NCBI GenBank assembly: GCA_045642345.1
Contig: JAZUIS010000036.1
Coordinates: 313-64,312 of the forward strand
Reading direction: 5' to 3'
Length of the DNA stretch: 64,000 nucleotides
Origin: Lachnospiraceae bacterium
GTDB taxonomy: Bacteria > Bacillota > Clostridia > Lachnospirales > Lachnospiraceae
Below are positions 8,774 to 18,122 of the stretch, piece after piece. The position numbers and the translations under genes were made by a program. Positions within the stretch are counted from its first letter, which is position 1; the number at the start of each line of letters is the position of its first letter. The notes beneath the pieces were generated by a model. The model saw only the letters and a list, made by a program, of their open reading frames with translations. It searched no databases and was not told where the DNA came from.

Positions 8774-9616
8774 GTGTCGGGAATTCTTTATTTAGTAGCT
8801 ACACCAATCGGAAATTTGTCTGATATGACTTCGCGGGCGATAGACACGCTCAGGGAAGTTGATTTGATTGCGGCCGAGGATACAAGAAACAGTATTAAGC
8901 TGCTTAATCATTTTGAAATTAAGACTCCGATGACGGCGTACCATGAATATAATAAATATGATAAAGCCGATTATCTGATTAATGAATTGCTTGGTGGTAA
9001 GAATATAGCGTTAATTACCGATGCAGGAACTCCCGGAATATCAGATCCGGGCGAAGTACTTGTATCAAAATGCCATGAAAACGCTGTGCCGGTAACATCT
9101 TTGCCGGGATGCTGTGCGCTTATAAGTGCGTTAATTATATCCGGTCTGCCGACGAGAAGATTTTGTTTTGAAGCTTTTCTTCCTTCGGATAAAAAAGAAC
9201 GTCAGGATATTATCGAAGAATTAAAAACCGAAACGAGAACAATAATTATTTATGAAGCTCCGCATCACCTGGTTAAGACTCTTACCGAATTAAGAGATAA
9301 TCTTGAAGATAGGCAGATTGCAGTATGTAAGGAGTTAACCAAGAAGTTTGAAACCATCAACCGAACAACTTTAAGTGAGGCTGTGGATTATTATACGAAT
9401 AATGAGCCAAAGGGTGAATATGTTCTGGTACTTTCAGGAGCAGATAAGTCAAAATTGGTACTTGAGGAGCAACTTGCCTGGCAACAGATGAGCCTTGAAG
9501 AGCATATGAACTTATACCTTGAACAGGGAATTGATAAAAAAGAAGCTATGAAGAAAGTGGCCAAAGACCGCGGAATTACTAAGCGGGACGTATATCAGGC
9601 CCTTCTTGAAGAATAG
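8774..9616 (+). CDS. rsmI: 16S rRNA (cytidine1402-2'-O)-methyltransferase
   Basis: LYLVATPIGNL..D...RA...L start and the TDAGTPGISDPG block typical of RsmI. GTG start. Confidence 0.88.
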   Translation: MSGILYLVATPIGNLSDMTSRAIDTLREVDLIAAEDTRNSIKLLNHFEIKTPMTAYHEYNKYDKADYLINELLGGKNIALITDAGTPGISDPGEVLVSKCHENAVPVTSLPGCCALISALIISGLPTRRFCFEAFLPSDKKERQDIIEELKTETRTIIIYEAPHHLVKTLTELRDNLEDRQIAVCKELTKKFETINRTTLSEAVDYYTNNEPKGEYVLVLSGADKSKLVLEEQLAWQQMSLEEHMNLYLEQGIDKKEAMKKVAKDRGITKRDVYQALLEE

Positions 9617-9768
9617 GTAAAAGAGATATAATTTTGATTTTGGCAACAAATTGCAGAATATCTCATATTCTTCAAAATTGGTACTTGTATTCATTGATAA
9701 AAGTAGTATGATGATATTAGAAGTAGTATAGTACTTTAGTAGGGGATTTTTGGTAGAGAGGTTTTTAT

Positions 9769-10335
9769 ATGAATAAGAAGAAAATTACAACTATTACCTC
9801 AATTGCATTATCTGCCATATTGGTTTTGGGAGCAATAGCACTGTTCGTATTACCTAAGAATGGTGACATTCTTGATTCAGGTGTTAAGCGTGACGGAACT
9901 CCCGGAGATGGCGGATTAGTATATATTGATCCTAACATTGTTGCATTGGCAGGCGAACTTAACGGAAGTCCTGAAACTCAGGCAGCAGCTAAGGCAGCAT
10001 TTGATCAGATTAATGCTATTCGTAGCGCCAGAGGATTAAGAGCATATACTTGGAATAACGGACTTGAACAGGCAGCAGGTGTTCGTGCGGTTGAAGCGGT
10101 TAGCGTATGGTCGCATACACGTCCTGACGGAACAGATTATTGGACTGTTAATTCAGCATTGGTATATGGTGAGAATTTAGCCAAAGGATATTTTAGTGCA
10201 GACAGTGCAGTTAACGGATGGGTTAATTCACCTACACACTTAGCTAATATCGTAGACGGTGAGTTTAAATCTGCAGCTATTTCAATTCATATGGCAGGCG
10301 GTCAGTGGTACTGGGCTAACGAATTTGGATATTAA
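9769..10335 (+). CDS. Membrane-anchored CAP/SCP (YkwD-like) domain protein
   Basis: N-terminal TM anchor. CAP-type blocks are INAIRSARGL, GENLAKG and W.NSP.H..NI. Confidence 0.75.
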   Translation: MNKKKITTITSIALSAILVLGAIALFVLPKNGDILDSGVKRDGTPGDGGLVYIDPNIVALAGELNGSPETQAAAKAAFDQINAIRSARGLRAYTWNNGLEQAAGVRAVEAVSVWSHTRPDGTDYWTVNSALVYGENLAKGYFSADSAVNGWVNSPTHLANIVDGEFKSAAISIHMAGGQWYWANEFGY

Positions 10336-10350
10336 ATATCAGCAATATTC

Positions 10351-10379
10351 AGCCACCTCTTAGGAGGTGGCTATTTTTG
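10351..10379 (+). terminator. Rho-independent terminator
   Basis: Stem agccacctc/gaggtggct followed by attttt. Confidence 0.85.
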
Positions 10380-10388
10380 TGCTATAAT
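10380..10388 (+). promoter_or_regulatory. Extended -10 promoter TGcTATAAT for the sortase gene
   Basis: Exact TGnTATAAT 26 nt upstream of the ATG at 10415, with an SD (gagg) between them. Confidence 0.55.
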
Positions 10389-10414
10389 CCATATATAGTT
10401 AATGAGGTCGGAAT

Positions 10415-11236
10415 ATGAAAAAAAATAAAATTAAGATAATTAGATTATTGTTAGTAGTAGCCATTATAGGAATTGTCGTATCATTGACAGGTCTGGTCTA
10501 TACATATATGCAGTATCGTACAAGCCGGGAAAAGTATGAACAGATTGAGGAGTATGTATCCGTAAATGAGGCTCCCACATTTGAAACCCCTGAAGCAAAA
10601 AAAGAAGATATTCCGGAAGAACCTGCCGAAGGAAAAATGATTAAAGTTGATCTTGATGTGGATACGACTTCCCTTAAAAATATTAATCCGGATTACTTAG
10701 GTTGGATACTGTATGAACCGCTTCAGATTAGTTATCCTGTTGTACTGGACAGAGGTGATGATTACTATGAGAATCATTCATTTGATATGGAATCCGACAG
10801 AGCCGGCGGAATCTTTATGGATTATGCATGTAAGTCTAATTTTGACAGCTTTAATACAATTATTTACGGTCATAATATGAAGGACGGTTCCATGTTCGGA
10901 GGACTGAAAAAACTGGTTAGTTCACCTGAAATGATTGCCGAAGATCCCTATTTTTATATATTTACCGAAGATTATGCTTATATGTATAAGATAGTATGTA
11001 CATATTATGCAGGTGCCAAAACTAAAACCTATGATTTGCTCTTGGATTATACGATGGAAGACAAAAATGCATATGTAGATTATATTGAGTCTGTTGCAAC
11101 TTACAAAGATGAAGAGTTCTTCTCAAAGGATGTAACGGATGAGTTAAGGATTGTAACATTGTCAACCTGTCATGGATTACACAGTACTCAAAGAACAGTA
11201 ATTCACGGAGAATTAGTTGCTAAGGAGCAAAGATAA
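10415..11236 (+). CDS. srtB: Class B-like sortase
   Basis: N-terminal TM anchor, the YGHNMKDGSMFG block, the catalytic TLSTC motif (VTLSTCHG) and a downstream Arg. Confidence 0.82.
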   Translation: MKKNKIKIIRLLLVVAIIGIVVSLTGLVYTYMQYRTSREKYEQIEEYVSVNEAPTFETPEAKKEDIPEEPAEGKMIKVDLDVDTTSLKNINPDYLGWILYEPLQISYPVVLDRGDDYYENHSFDMESDRAGGIFMDYACKSNFDSFNTIIYGHNMKDGSMFGGLKKLVSSPEMIAEDPYFYIFTEDYAYMYKIVCTYYAGAKTKTYDLLLDYTMEDKNAYVDYIESVATYKDEEFFSKDVTDELRIVTLSTCHGLHSTQRTVIHGELVAKEQR

Positions 11237-11596
11237 TGAATTATCCATTTCGGGATCTTTGACGGTTTCGATTTCCCAATAGGATATTTCATAACCGTCA
11301 CAGTCATCAAGAAGAGTTGCTTTGACGTGAAGTATCTGGTTATCGTTAATTGGATATGATTTATCAAAAGAGTTGTCCAAAGAGGACGACTCTTTTGCTG
11401 TATACAGGTCTGTGTAAGCCTTGGCTGCGGCATCATAATAGGCACTTGTTCTGTTGGACAGTTTTGATGAAAGCTGGTAATCTGCATTCGCTGATGCGAC
11501 AGAAAGCCCTGCAAAACATACAAGACACAGTATTACTATTATTACAAGAATAGAAGATAAACCAATATTAAGACCAAAGGAAGGACGTTTTTTCAC
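11213..11596 (-). CDS. Small N-terminally anchored protein, pseudopilin-position (hypothetical)
   Basis: 127 aa with one N-terminal hydrophobic helix (ILVIIVILCLVCFAGL). Last gene of the GspF operon, sharing a 1-nt overlap with the upstream gene. Confidence 0.6.
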   Translation of the reverse strand: MKKRPSFGLNIGLSSILVIIVILCLVCFAGLSVASANADYQLSSKLSNRTSAYYDAAAKAYTDLYTAKESSSLDNSFDKSYPINDNQILHVKATLLDDCDGYEISYWEIETVKDPEMDNSLSLLLSN

Positions 11597-12033
11597 TACT
11601 GTGTACCTCCTTTGATAAAATATGCAGGGGAAATTGAAAAAATCACCTTATTATCTGTTTGACTGGTAAATGAAATATTATATGTAACAAATCCCGGTTT
11701 TGAGGAATCAATTATCCTGTTACATACCAGGGAATAGGTACTATCCGGAATATCTCCATATTGTTTGTTGAAATCTTTATCATATGAATATGTAATGGTA
11801 TCACCATTCCATACACTAAGACCGTCTAAAGAAGGGTCACCGTTGGTGCCGTAAATAAGTTCTGCCAATGATTCACATTCCACAACAGCATGATTTAGCT
11901 CTACACTGGATTTGCTTAGGGTATGTGACTGAACGAAAAGTTGAACACATACAGCAGCTGCCAATGAGAAAAATAATATCGACATAATAAGTTCCATAAG
12001 GAAAAGGCTGCTTCTTGAAGACTTGTTATACAT
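11596..12033 (-). CDS. Prepilin-like (pseudopilin) protein with a non-canonical leader
   Basis: N-terminus RSS-LFLMELIMSILFF has Glu at +5 and a hydrophobic helix, like class III signal peptides, but Ser replaces Gly at -1. Confidence 0.6.
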   Translation of the reverse strand: MYNKSSRSSLFLMELIMSILFFSLAAAVCVQLFVQSHTLSKSSVELNHAVVECESLAELIYGTNGDPSLDGLSVWNGDTITYSYDKDFNKQYGDIPDSTYSLVCNRIIDSSKPGFVTYNISFTSQTDNKVIFSISPAYFIKGGTQ

Positions 12034-12520
12034 TACCTGACCCTCCCGAATGAATACTTATATAAAAATCGTAGTTCTCGTCATTGTCTAATTTAAGGCT
12101 TATATGTGCCAATCCCGAATTGACAGGTTCAATAACAAAATCATTAACATCGAGTAATTTCTGACCGGCCATAGCGGACAATTTTACGTCGGAGCGGACC
12201 ATGAGTTCCATAAGTTTACCGCTGAATTCGTAGATATATGTAATATATTCTTTGCCGTTAATGTTTGAAGTTATGATAATGGCATCATTTCCTTCAAAGG
12301 TTCCTATTGAAATGCTGTTTGTTGAATCGGAATGGCGAACCTTTTCGGTAATGTAAGCAACGGCAGTTCTGGAATTAAAGTTGTTATTCATATTGGACAT
12401 AGTTTTAGTGTATATGCTTGCGCCGATTGAAATCAAAAAAACAGCACTTAGGACGAAGATTCCAAAGAGGGCTATAACGAACAATATGTCAATTATGTGT
12501 CTGTCTTGCTTTTCGTTCAT
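12026..12520 (-). CDS. Small N-terminally anchored protein (possibly DUF4860-like)
   Basis: 164 aa with one N-terminal TM helix (IIDILFVIALFGIFVLSAVFLI). The family assignment is from memory only. Overlaps the downstream gene by 8 nt. Confidence 0.55.
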   Translation of the reverse strand: MNEKQDRHIIDILFVIALFGIFVLSAVFLISIGASIYTKTMSNMNNNFNSRTAVAYITEKVRHSDSTNSISIGTFEGNDAIIITSNINGKEYITYIYEFSGKLMELMVRSDVKLSAMAGQKLLDVNDFVIEPVNSGLAHISLKLDNDENYDFYISIHSGGSGNV

Positions 12521-12528
12521 ACTAATCC

Positions 12529-12864
12529 TTAGTTCTCGTTAATAAGAATCGTGACATCGGGACGAATATTGGAACCGATGGGACGATAGTCGATGAAGAA
12601 AAGTTCTTCATCATAGGTTAATCCGTAATGTTCTTTAAGATAATCAAGTGACGGAGGATAATATCCTTCGACGGCATAACAATGAAGTATATCTTTGTTA
12701 ATGGCAATATCGAGACTGTCGCGTTGCTTATCAATGGTAGATTGGTCTACCGAATTAATAAGATAAAAGAATCCGACCAAAATAAGCGGAAGCAAAAGAT
12801 AGAGGCATTTTGCCTTGCTTTTTCTGTCCTGATGTTTAGTTTCTTTAGTAGTAAATCTATGCAT
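12529..12864 (-). CDS. Small N-terminally anchored hypothetical protein
   Basis: 111 aa with a basic N-terminus followed by one TM helix (LYLLLPLILVGFFYLI). Lies 9 nt downstream of the gspF-like gene. Confidence 0.55.
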   Translation of the reverse strand: MHRFTTKETKHQDRKSKAKCLYLLLPLILVGFFYLINSVDQSTIDKQRDSLDIAINKDILHCYAVEGYYPPSLDYLKEHYGLTYDEELFFIDYRPIGSNIRPDVTILINEN

Positions 12865-12873
12865 ATTCGTTCC

Positions 12874-13920
12874 TTAACCGATGCTGGACATAATTCCCAT
12901 AAGAGGAAGCAAAACCGAAAGAAGAATTATTCCGACAATAAGCGAAAGAATAATTACCAAAGTGGGTTCGATGATGGATACAATTCTGCGGAGCTGTTTT
13001 TCCGTTGCCTGTTCATAATATTCGGAAATTTGGAGCATAACCGTATCAACAGAACCGGATTTAAATCCGACAGCAATCATTCTTGAATAAAGGTTGTTAA
13101 AAATTTCGGCACTCATAACAGCTTCTGCAAAAGTTGCGTTATTTTTAATTTCCTCGCGGACCTTATCTATTTTTTTGATAAGTAATTCATTTTCCACAAG
13201 TTGTGTCACCATATCAAGGGCATGGAACATATCCATTCCGCTTGAAAATGCAAGATACATACCGGAAGCAAATCTGCCGGAAGCAACGTTGTTATAGAAT
13301 GAACGCGTAAGAGGAAATTTTGCAAGGAACGCTTTCATTCGTTTCTTTAGTGAAGGTACTCTGTAAAGAAGAATGATTGCCAGAATGATAATTGCCAAAA
13401 TTACTGTGATGGTAATGGCATATTTACTAAGTGACGAACCGATATTCATAAGCTTTTGGGCAAGAGGGCTCATTTCGGCACCCAGTTGCGTGAATACCTG
13501 TTTAAAAATAGGAAGTACTTTCATTATGAGCACTATGATGATAAGGAACATCATTGCAATCATAATAAGAGGATAGGAAACGGCAGACTTGATGCTGTCT
13601 GAAATATCATCTTCGCGGTCATAATAATCGGATAAAGATATAAGAACCGCATCAAGATTACCTGATTCTTCGCCAAGAGCGATAAGCCTTGTTACATAAT
13701 CGGGGAATACGCCTGTTTCAGATACTGCCTGATGGAAATAGTTACCTTTACTGCAGGATAAGGAAATTTCTTTAAGAAGTGCTTTGCCTTCTTCGGAAAT
13801 AGTATCATTGACCAGGATTTCCATACCTTCGGCAGGTGTAATTCCGGCTTTGATTATCATAGCTGTCTGCTTACAAAAAGAAGCAATTTCCGCATTAGAA
13901 AGTATTTTGTGGTTCTTCAT
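12874..13920 (-). CDS. Type II secretion / type IV pilus platform protein (GspF/PilC/ComGB family)
   Basis: 348 aa with two T2SSF-like repeats (..AGI.P.EGMEIL.. and ..SGMDMFHALDMV..). Each repeat is followed by TM helices, giving the typical 3-TM layout. Confidence 0.82.
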   Translation of the reverse strand: MKNHKILSNAEIASFCKQTAMIIKAGITPAEGMEILVNDTISEEGKALLKEISLSCSKGNYFHQAVSETGVFPDYVTRLIALGEESGNLDAVLISLSDYYDREDDISDSIKSAVSYPLIMIAMMFLIIIVLIMKVLPIFKQVFTQLGAEMSPLAQKLMNIGSSLSKYAITITVILAIIILAIILLYRVPSLKKRMKAFLAKFPLTRSFYNNVASGRFASGMYLAFSSGMDMFHALDMVTQLVENELLIKKIDKVREEIKNNATFAEAVMSAEIFNNLYSRMIAVGFKSGSVDTVMLQISEYYEQATEKQLRRIVSIIEPTLVIILSLIVGIILLSVLLPLMGIMSSIG

Positions 13921-13931
13921 AAATCCTCCGA

Positions 13932-14894
13932 TTAATAAATATATTTGGTAAGATATGATTTTCCGTCACCGATAAATGACTTAAGTTTCTTTTCACCCTG
14001 GCTGGCTGCAATGGTTGGATCCATAAGTGACCAGTCTGTTCCGTTAAATTCTACAATACCGTTAATCCATCCGACATTCTCGGCATAGGCACTTATCCAT
14101 GCATGATAAGCGTTTCCCGCATAGCCGACTTCCATTCTGGCGGGAATGCCCTGTGAACGCAGCATGCTGACCATTACAGCAGCATAATCAAGGCAGATAC
14201 CGGTTTTGATATTAAGTATCTCATCAACATCGGGAATGTATCCGCTTTGGACAGTTTCGGCTTTATATGTATCATAGGTGATGTTTTGTATTAAGTAATT
14301 ATATATGCAGTTAATGGCTTCAAGATCATCGTGGGCATTTGAAACAAGTGATGAAGCCTGTGAAACTACGTTATTGTCTTTATTGAATTTGACATATTGG
14401 TTCGGATATAAAAAGGCACCAAATTCATTGGTAACGTTAAACTCAAGTTCTTCCATAAAAATGGTTGAGTACTGATTTCCGTCTATGTTTTCGAAAGCAC
14501 CTATAGTGTACATGCCGTTTCCGGCAGAAATCGGAAATGTTTCGGGATTATTGTCATGAATATCATATGTGTATTGCATATAGTCAGGACCGGTAATCTG
14601 TAATTTAACATCGTTACTGCTTCCAAGATAGGTAAAAATCACATAGCCTTCCGAAACATTTGAAGCATCAAGAAGAGCCAATTCATTTGAATAAACAATT
14701 TCACCGGGAGCTTCCGGAACCAAACAATTCGGGGTATTATCTCTTATTTCGGTGGAGGTTGATACATAGGCTTCGTGGTTTTGCTCACAACCCGAAAGCA
14801 GCATTGCCACAATTAAGATGACGATGCTTCCGATACGAAGGGTATGCAGATATGAAGATGATTTGTTTTTGTGTAAAAAGATATCAGATTTCAT
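13932..14894 (-). CDS. Transglutaminase-like (papain-fold) lipoprotein
   Basis: Lipobox LLSGC. Transglutaminase core is GICLDYAAVMVSMLRSQGIPAR ... YHAW ... D (Cys-His-Asp arrangement). Confidence 0.78.
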   Translation of the reverse strand: MKSDIFLHKNKSSSYLHTLRIGSIVILIVAMLLSGCEQNHEAYVSTSTEIRDNTPNCLVPEAPGEIVYSNELALLDASNVSEGYVIFTYLGSSNDVKLQITGPDYMQYTYDIHDNNPETFPISAGNGMYTIGAFENIDGNQYSTIFMEELEFNVTNEFGAFLYPNQYVKFNKDNNVVSQASSLVSNAHDDLEAINCIYNYLIQNITYDTYKAETVQSGYIPDVDEILNIKTGICLDYAAVMVSMLRSQGIPARMEVGYAGNAYHAWISAYAENVGWINGIVEFNGTDWSLMDPTIAASQGEKKLKSFIGDGKSYLTKYIY

Positions 14895-14976
14895 CCGGAA
14901 TATTTAAATCCCCCCGAGTAAATACCTTTATTTATTATAATATATGTAGGTTGTTTTTTAAAGAAATGATGTTATA

Positions 14977-14985
14977 TGCTATAAT
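14977..14985 (+). promoter_or_regulatory. Extended -10 promoter TGcTATAAT immediately upstream of mutS2
   Basis: Exact TGnTATAAT. Only 9 nt (tgaaacgtt) separate it from the mutS2 ATG, and there is no SD. Confidence 0.5.
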
Positions 14986-14994
14986 TGAAACGTT

Positions 14995-17403
14995 ATGAAT
15001 AAAAAAGTATTACAAACACTCGAATTTAATAAGATAGTTGATAGATTAACAGATAAGGCAACTTCGGATCCGGGTCGTGACATGTGCAGACAGCTTGACC
15101 CTATGACGGATTTGGAACTTATCGATAAGGCACAGCTTGAGACATATGATGCACTGGGTATGCTCCTTTCCAAGGGAAGTATATCTTTTGGTGCGAACAA
15201 AGATATGGGATATGCAATTAAAAGTCTGGAGGTTCAATCATCACTTACGGCCCCGGAACTTTTGAATATTGCAAATATGCTCCAGAATGTTAACAGGGTA
15301 AAAGCCTACGGACGAAAGAAAGATGAAGACGAGCCTTCAAATTCCCTTACGGATTATTTTGAAATGCTTTCGCCGTTAACACCTGTTTCGGAAGAAATAT
15401 TGCGTTGTATTTTGTCTGAGGATGAAATTGCGGACGATGCATCTGCCGAGCTTAAGAATATCAGAAGAAGCATAACCGCTACCGGAGATAAGATACATTC
15501 ACAGCTTACGAAAATGCTTAACGGTTCATACAGGACTTATCTTCAAGATGCTGTTATTACCCAAAGGGACGGCAGATATTGTCTTCCGATAAAGTCAGAA
15601 TATAAGTCCATGGTCAAGGGAATGATTCATGACCAGTCTTCAACCGGTTCTACGTTTTTTATCGAGCCGGAGATTGTGGTTAATCTAAATAACGACCTAA
15701 AGGAACTGGCAATTCGTGAAAAGGAAGAAATAGATAAGGTTCTTGAAGGATTATCGGCCATGTGCTCCGAGCATACGGCGGAACTTCGTGATAATCAGAA
15801 GATGATGACTTTGCTTGATTTTATATTTGCAAAGGCAGCTCTTGCACTTGATATGAATGCAACCCGTCCGATTTTTAATACCGAGCATAAGATAAGTATT
15901 CGAAAGGGACGTCATCCGCTTCTTGATCCCAAGAAAGTAGTTCCCATAGATATTCATCTGGGGGATGAATTTGATTTGCTTATTATAACGGGACCCAATA
16001 CCGGCGGTAAAACCGTATCCTTAAAAACAGTGGGACTGCTTACGCTTATGGGTCAGGCAGGCCTTCATATTCCGGCACTTGACAGAAGCCGACTGTCGAT
16101 TTTTACAAAAGTGTTTGCGGATATAGGGGATGAACAAAGTATAGAACAGAGTTTGTCTACGTTTTCTTCGCATATGAAGAACATAGTTACAATTCTTAAG
16201 TTTGCAAACGAAGATTCCCTTTGTCTTTTTGATGAACTGGGAGCGGGAACCGATCCGACGGAAGGTGCAGCCCTGGCTATTGCAATTCTTGACAATCTTC
16301 ATTCAAGAGGCATTCGTACAATGGCAACCACACATTACAGTGAACTTAAGGTGTATGCGCTTTCGACGCCTTTTGTGGAAAACGCCTGTTGCGAATTTGA
16401 TGTTGATACACTTTCTCCGACATACAGATTGTTAATCGGAGTGCCCGGTAAATCGAATGCGTTTGCAATTTCGTCAAAACTCGGACTTGGAGATGAGATA
16501 ATCGAAGTTGCCAAAAAGCAGATAGGAATATCGGAAACCAGCTTTGAAGATTTGCTTGCTGATTTGGAAATGTCCCGTGTGACTATTGAAAAGGAACGTG
16601 AGGAAGTAGCCCAATACAAAGCTAAGATTAAAGAATTGCAGGATAATCTTCATGCCAAGAATGAAAAGATAGAGTTAAGAAGAGATACTATTATCAGGCA
16701 GGCTAACGCCGAAGCCAAAGAGATTCTTGAAGAGGCAAAGAAGACCGCGGATGAAACAATCAAGTTGTTCCAAAAGGCAGGCCCCAATGCATCTATGAAG
16801 GATCTTGAAAAAGAACGTGAGAAACTTCGAAATCAAATCGGCCAAAAGAACAGTAACCTTACAATGAAACAGGAAAAGGTTATGCCTCAGAAGCAGATAA
16901 AGGCAGAAGATATTAAAGTAGGCGATGCTGTAAGAATAGTGTCCATGGGAATGGACGGTACCGTTAATTCACTTCCCGACAGTAAGGGCAATTTGTATGT
17001 TATGTGCGGATTACTTCGTACCAAAACAACAGTATCGAATCTAATGAGAATTGATGCTTCCGTACTTGAAGAAAGTGAAAAGAAGAAATCAAAAAATTAC
17101 GTTTCGCAGAAGAATGCGGAATTTGCCAATACGATAAACGATTCCAAGGCATACAGCATTTCTTCGGAAATCAATCTTTTGGGAAGAACGGTAGATGAAG
17201 CTCTTAATGAACTTGATAAGTATTTGGATGATGCATACCTTGCGCATTTAAGTACGGTACGTGTTGTACACGGTAAAGGAACGGGTGCTTTAAGAACGGC
17301 TGTTCAAAGATATCTTAAAAAGGTAAAATATGTTAAAGAGTTTAGAACCGGTGAATACGGTGAAGGGGATGCAGGAGTTACGATTGTAACATTTAAGGAG
17401 TAG
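14995..17403 (+). CDS. mutS2: Endonuclease MutS2
   Basis: 802 aa. Walker A is GPNTGGKT, followed by the DELGAGTDP block, a coiled-coil region and a C-terminal Smr domain (VHGKGTGALR). Confidence 0.92.
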   Translation: MNKKVLQTLEFNKIVDRLTDKATSDPGRDMCRQLDPMTDLELIDKAQLETYDALGMLLSKGSISFGANKDMGYAIKSLEVQSSLTAPELLNIANMLQNVNRVKAYGRKKDEDEPSNSLTDYFEMLSPLTPVSEEILRCILSEDEIADDASAELKNIRRSITATGDKIHSQLTKMLNGSYRTYLQDAVITQRDGRYCLPIKSEYKSMVKGMIHDQSSTGSTFFIEPEIVVNLNNDLKELAIREKEEIDKVLEGLSAMCSEHTAELRDNQKMMTLLDFIFAKAALALDMNATRPIFNTEHKISIRKGRHPLLDPKKVVPIDIHLGDEFDLLIITGPNTGGKTVSLKTVGLLTLMGQAGLHIPALDRSRLSIFTKVFADIGDEQSIEQSLSTFSSHMKNIVTILKFANEDSLCLFDELGAGTDPTEGAALAIAILDNLHSRGIRTMATTHYSELKVYALSTPFVENACCEFDVDTLSPTYRLLIGVPGKSNAFAISSKLGLGDEIIEVAKKQIGISETSFEDLLADLEMSRVTIEKEREEVAQYKAKIKELQDNLHAKNEKIELRRDTIIRQANAEAKEILEEAKKTADETIKLFQKAGPNASMKDLEKEREKLRNQIGQKNSNLTMKQEKVMPQKQIKAEDIKVGDAVRIVSMGMDGTVNSLPDSKGNLYVMCGLLRTKTTVSNLMRIDASVLEESEKKKSKNYVSQKNAEFANTINDSKAYSISSEINLLGRTVDEALNELDKYLDDAYLAHLSTVRVVHGKGTGALRTAVQRYLKKVKYVKEFRTGEYGEGDAGVTIVTFKE

Positions 17404-17406
17404 CAG

Positions 17407-18108
17407 ATGATTAATAAGCAGAAAATACTTATTGTAGACGATGATGAAAATATTGCAGAGATTATATCTTTGTATCTTACGAAAGAATGCTTCGAAACAC
17501 AGATAGCGCCTGACGGTGAGAGCGCAATCGAAATGTTTGAATCATTTAATCCGGACCTTGTTTTGCTTGATATTATGCTTCCGGGAATTGACGGGTACGG
17601 TGTGTGCAGACAGATTAGGGCAACAAGCATGACACCGATTATTATGCTTTCTGCCAAGGGCGAAGTATTTGATAAGGTACTAGGACTTGAACTGGGTGCC
17701 GATGACTACATGGAAAAGCCCTTTGATACGAAGGAACTTGTTGCAAGAGTCAAGGCCGTGCTCCGAAGAAGTAAGGCTTCAACACAGACGGTTATAGAAG
17801 AGGTTGCGGTAAAAGAAGTTTCATATCCGGATTTAAAGATTAATCTTACGAATTATTCTGTTGAGTATATGGGAAAAATTGTAGATATGCCGCCTAAGGA
17901 ACTTGAACTGTTGTATTTCCTTGCATCATCTCCGAATCATGTATTTACAAGAGAGCAACTGCTTGATCAGCTGTGGGGGTATGAATATGTAGGAGACACA
18001 AGAACGGTGGACGTTCACATTAAGCGCCTTCGTGAAAAAATAAACGATCATGAGCATTGGAGACTTGCTACAATTTGGGGAATCGGTTACAAATTCGAAA
18101 CTAAGTAG
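17407..18108 (+). CDS. OmpR/PhoB-family response regulator
   Basis: Receiver domain (DD...D(54)...K) plus a winged-helix C-terminus (TRTVDVHIKRLREK). No histidine kinase gene is adjacent. Confidence 0.88.
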   Translation: MINKQKILIVDDDENIAEIISLYLTKECFETQIAPDGESAIEMFESFNPDLVLLDIMLPGIDGYGVCRQIRATSMTPIIMLSAKGEVFDKVLGLELGADDYMEKPFDTKELVARVKAVLRRSKASTQTVIEEVAVKEVSYPDLKINLTNYSVEYMGKIVDMPPKELELLYFLASSPNHVFTREQLLDQLWGYEYVGDTRTVDVHIKRLREKINDHEHWRLATIWGIGYKFETK

Positions 18109-18122
18109 GAGCGTGTGCGACC

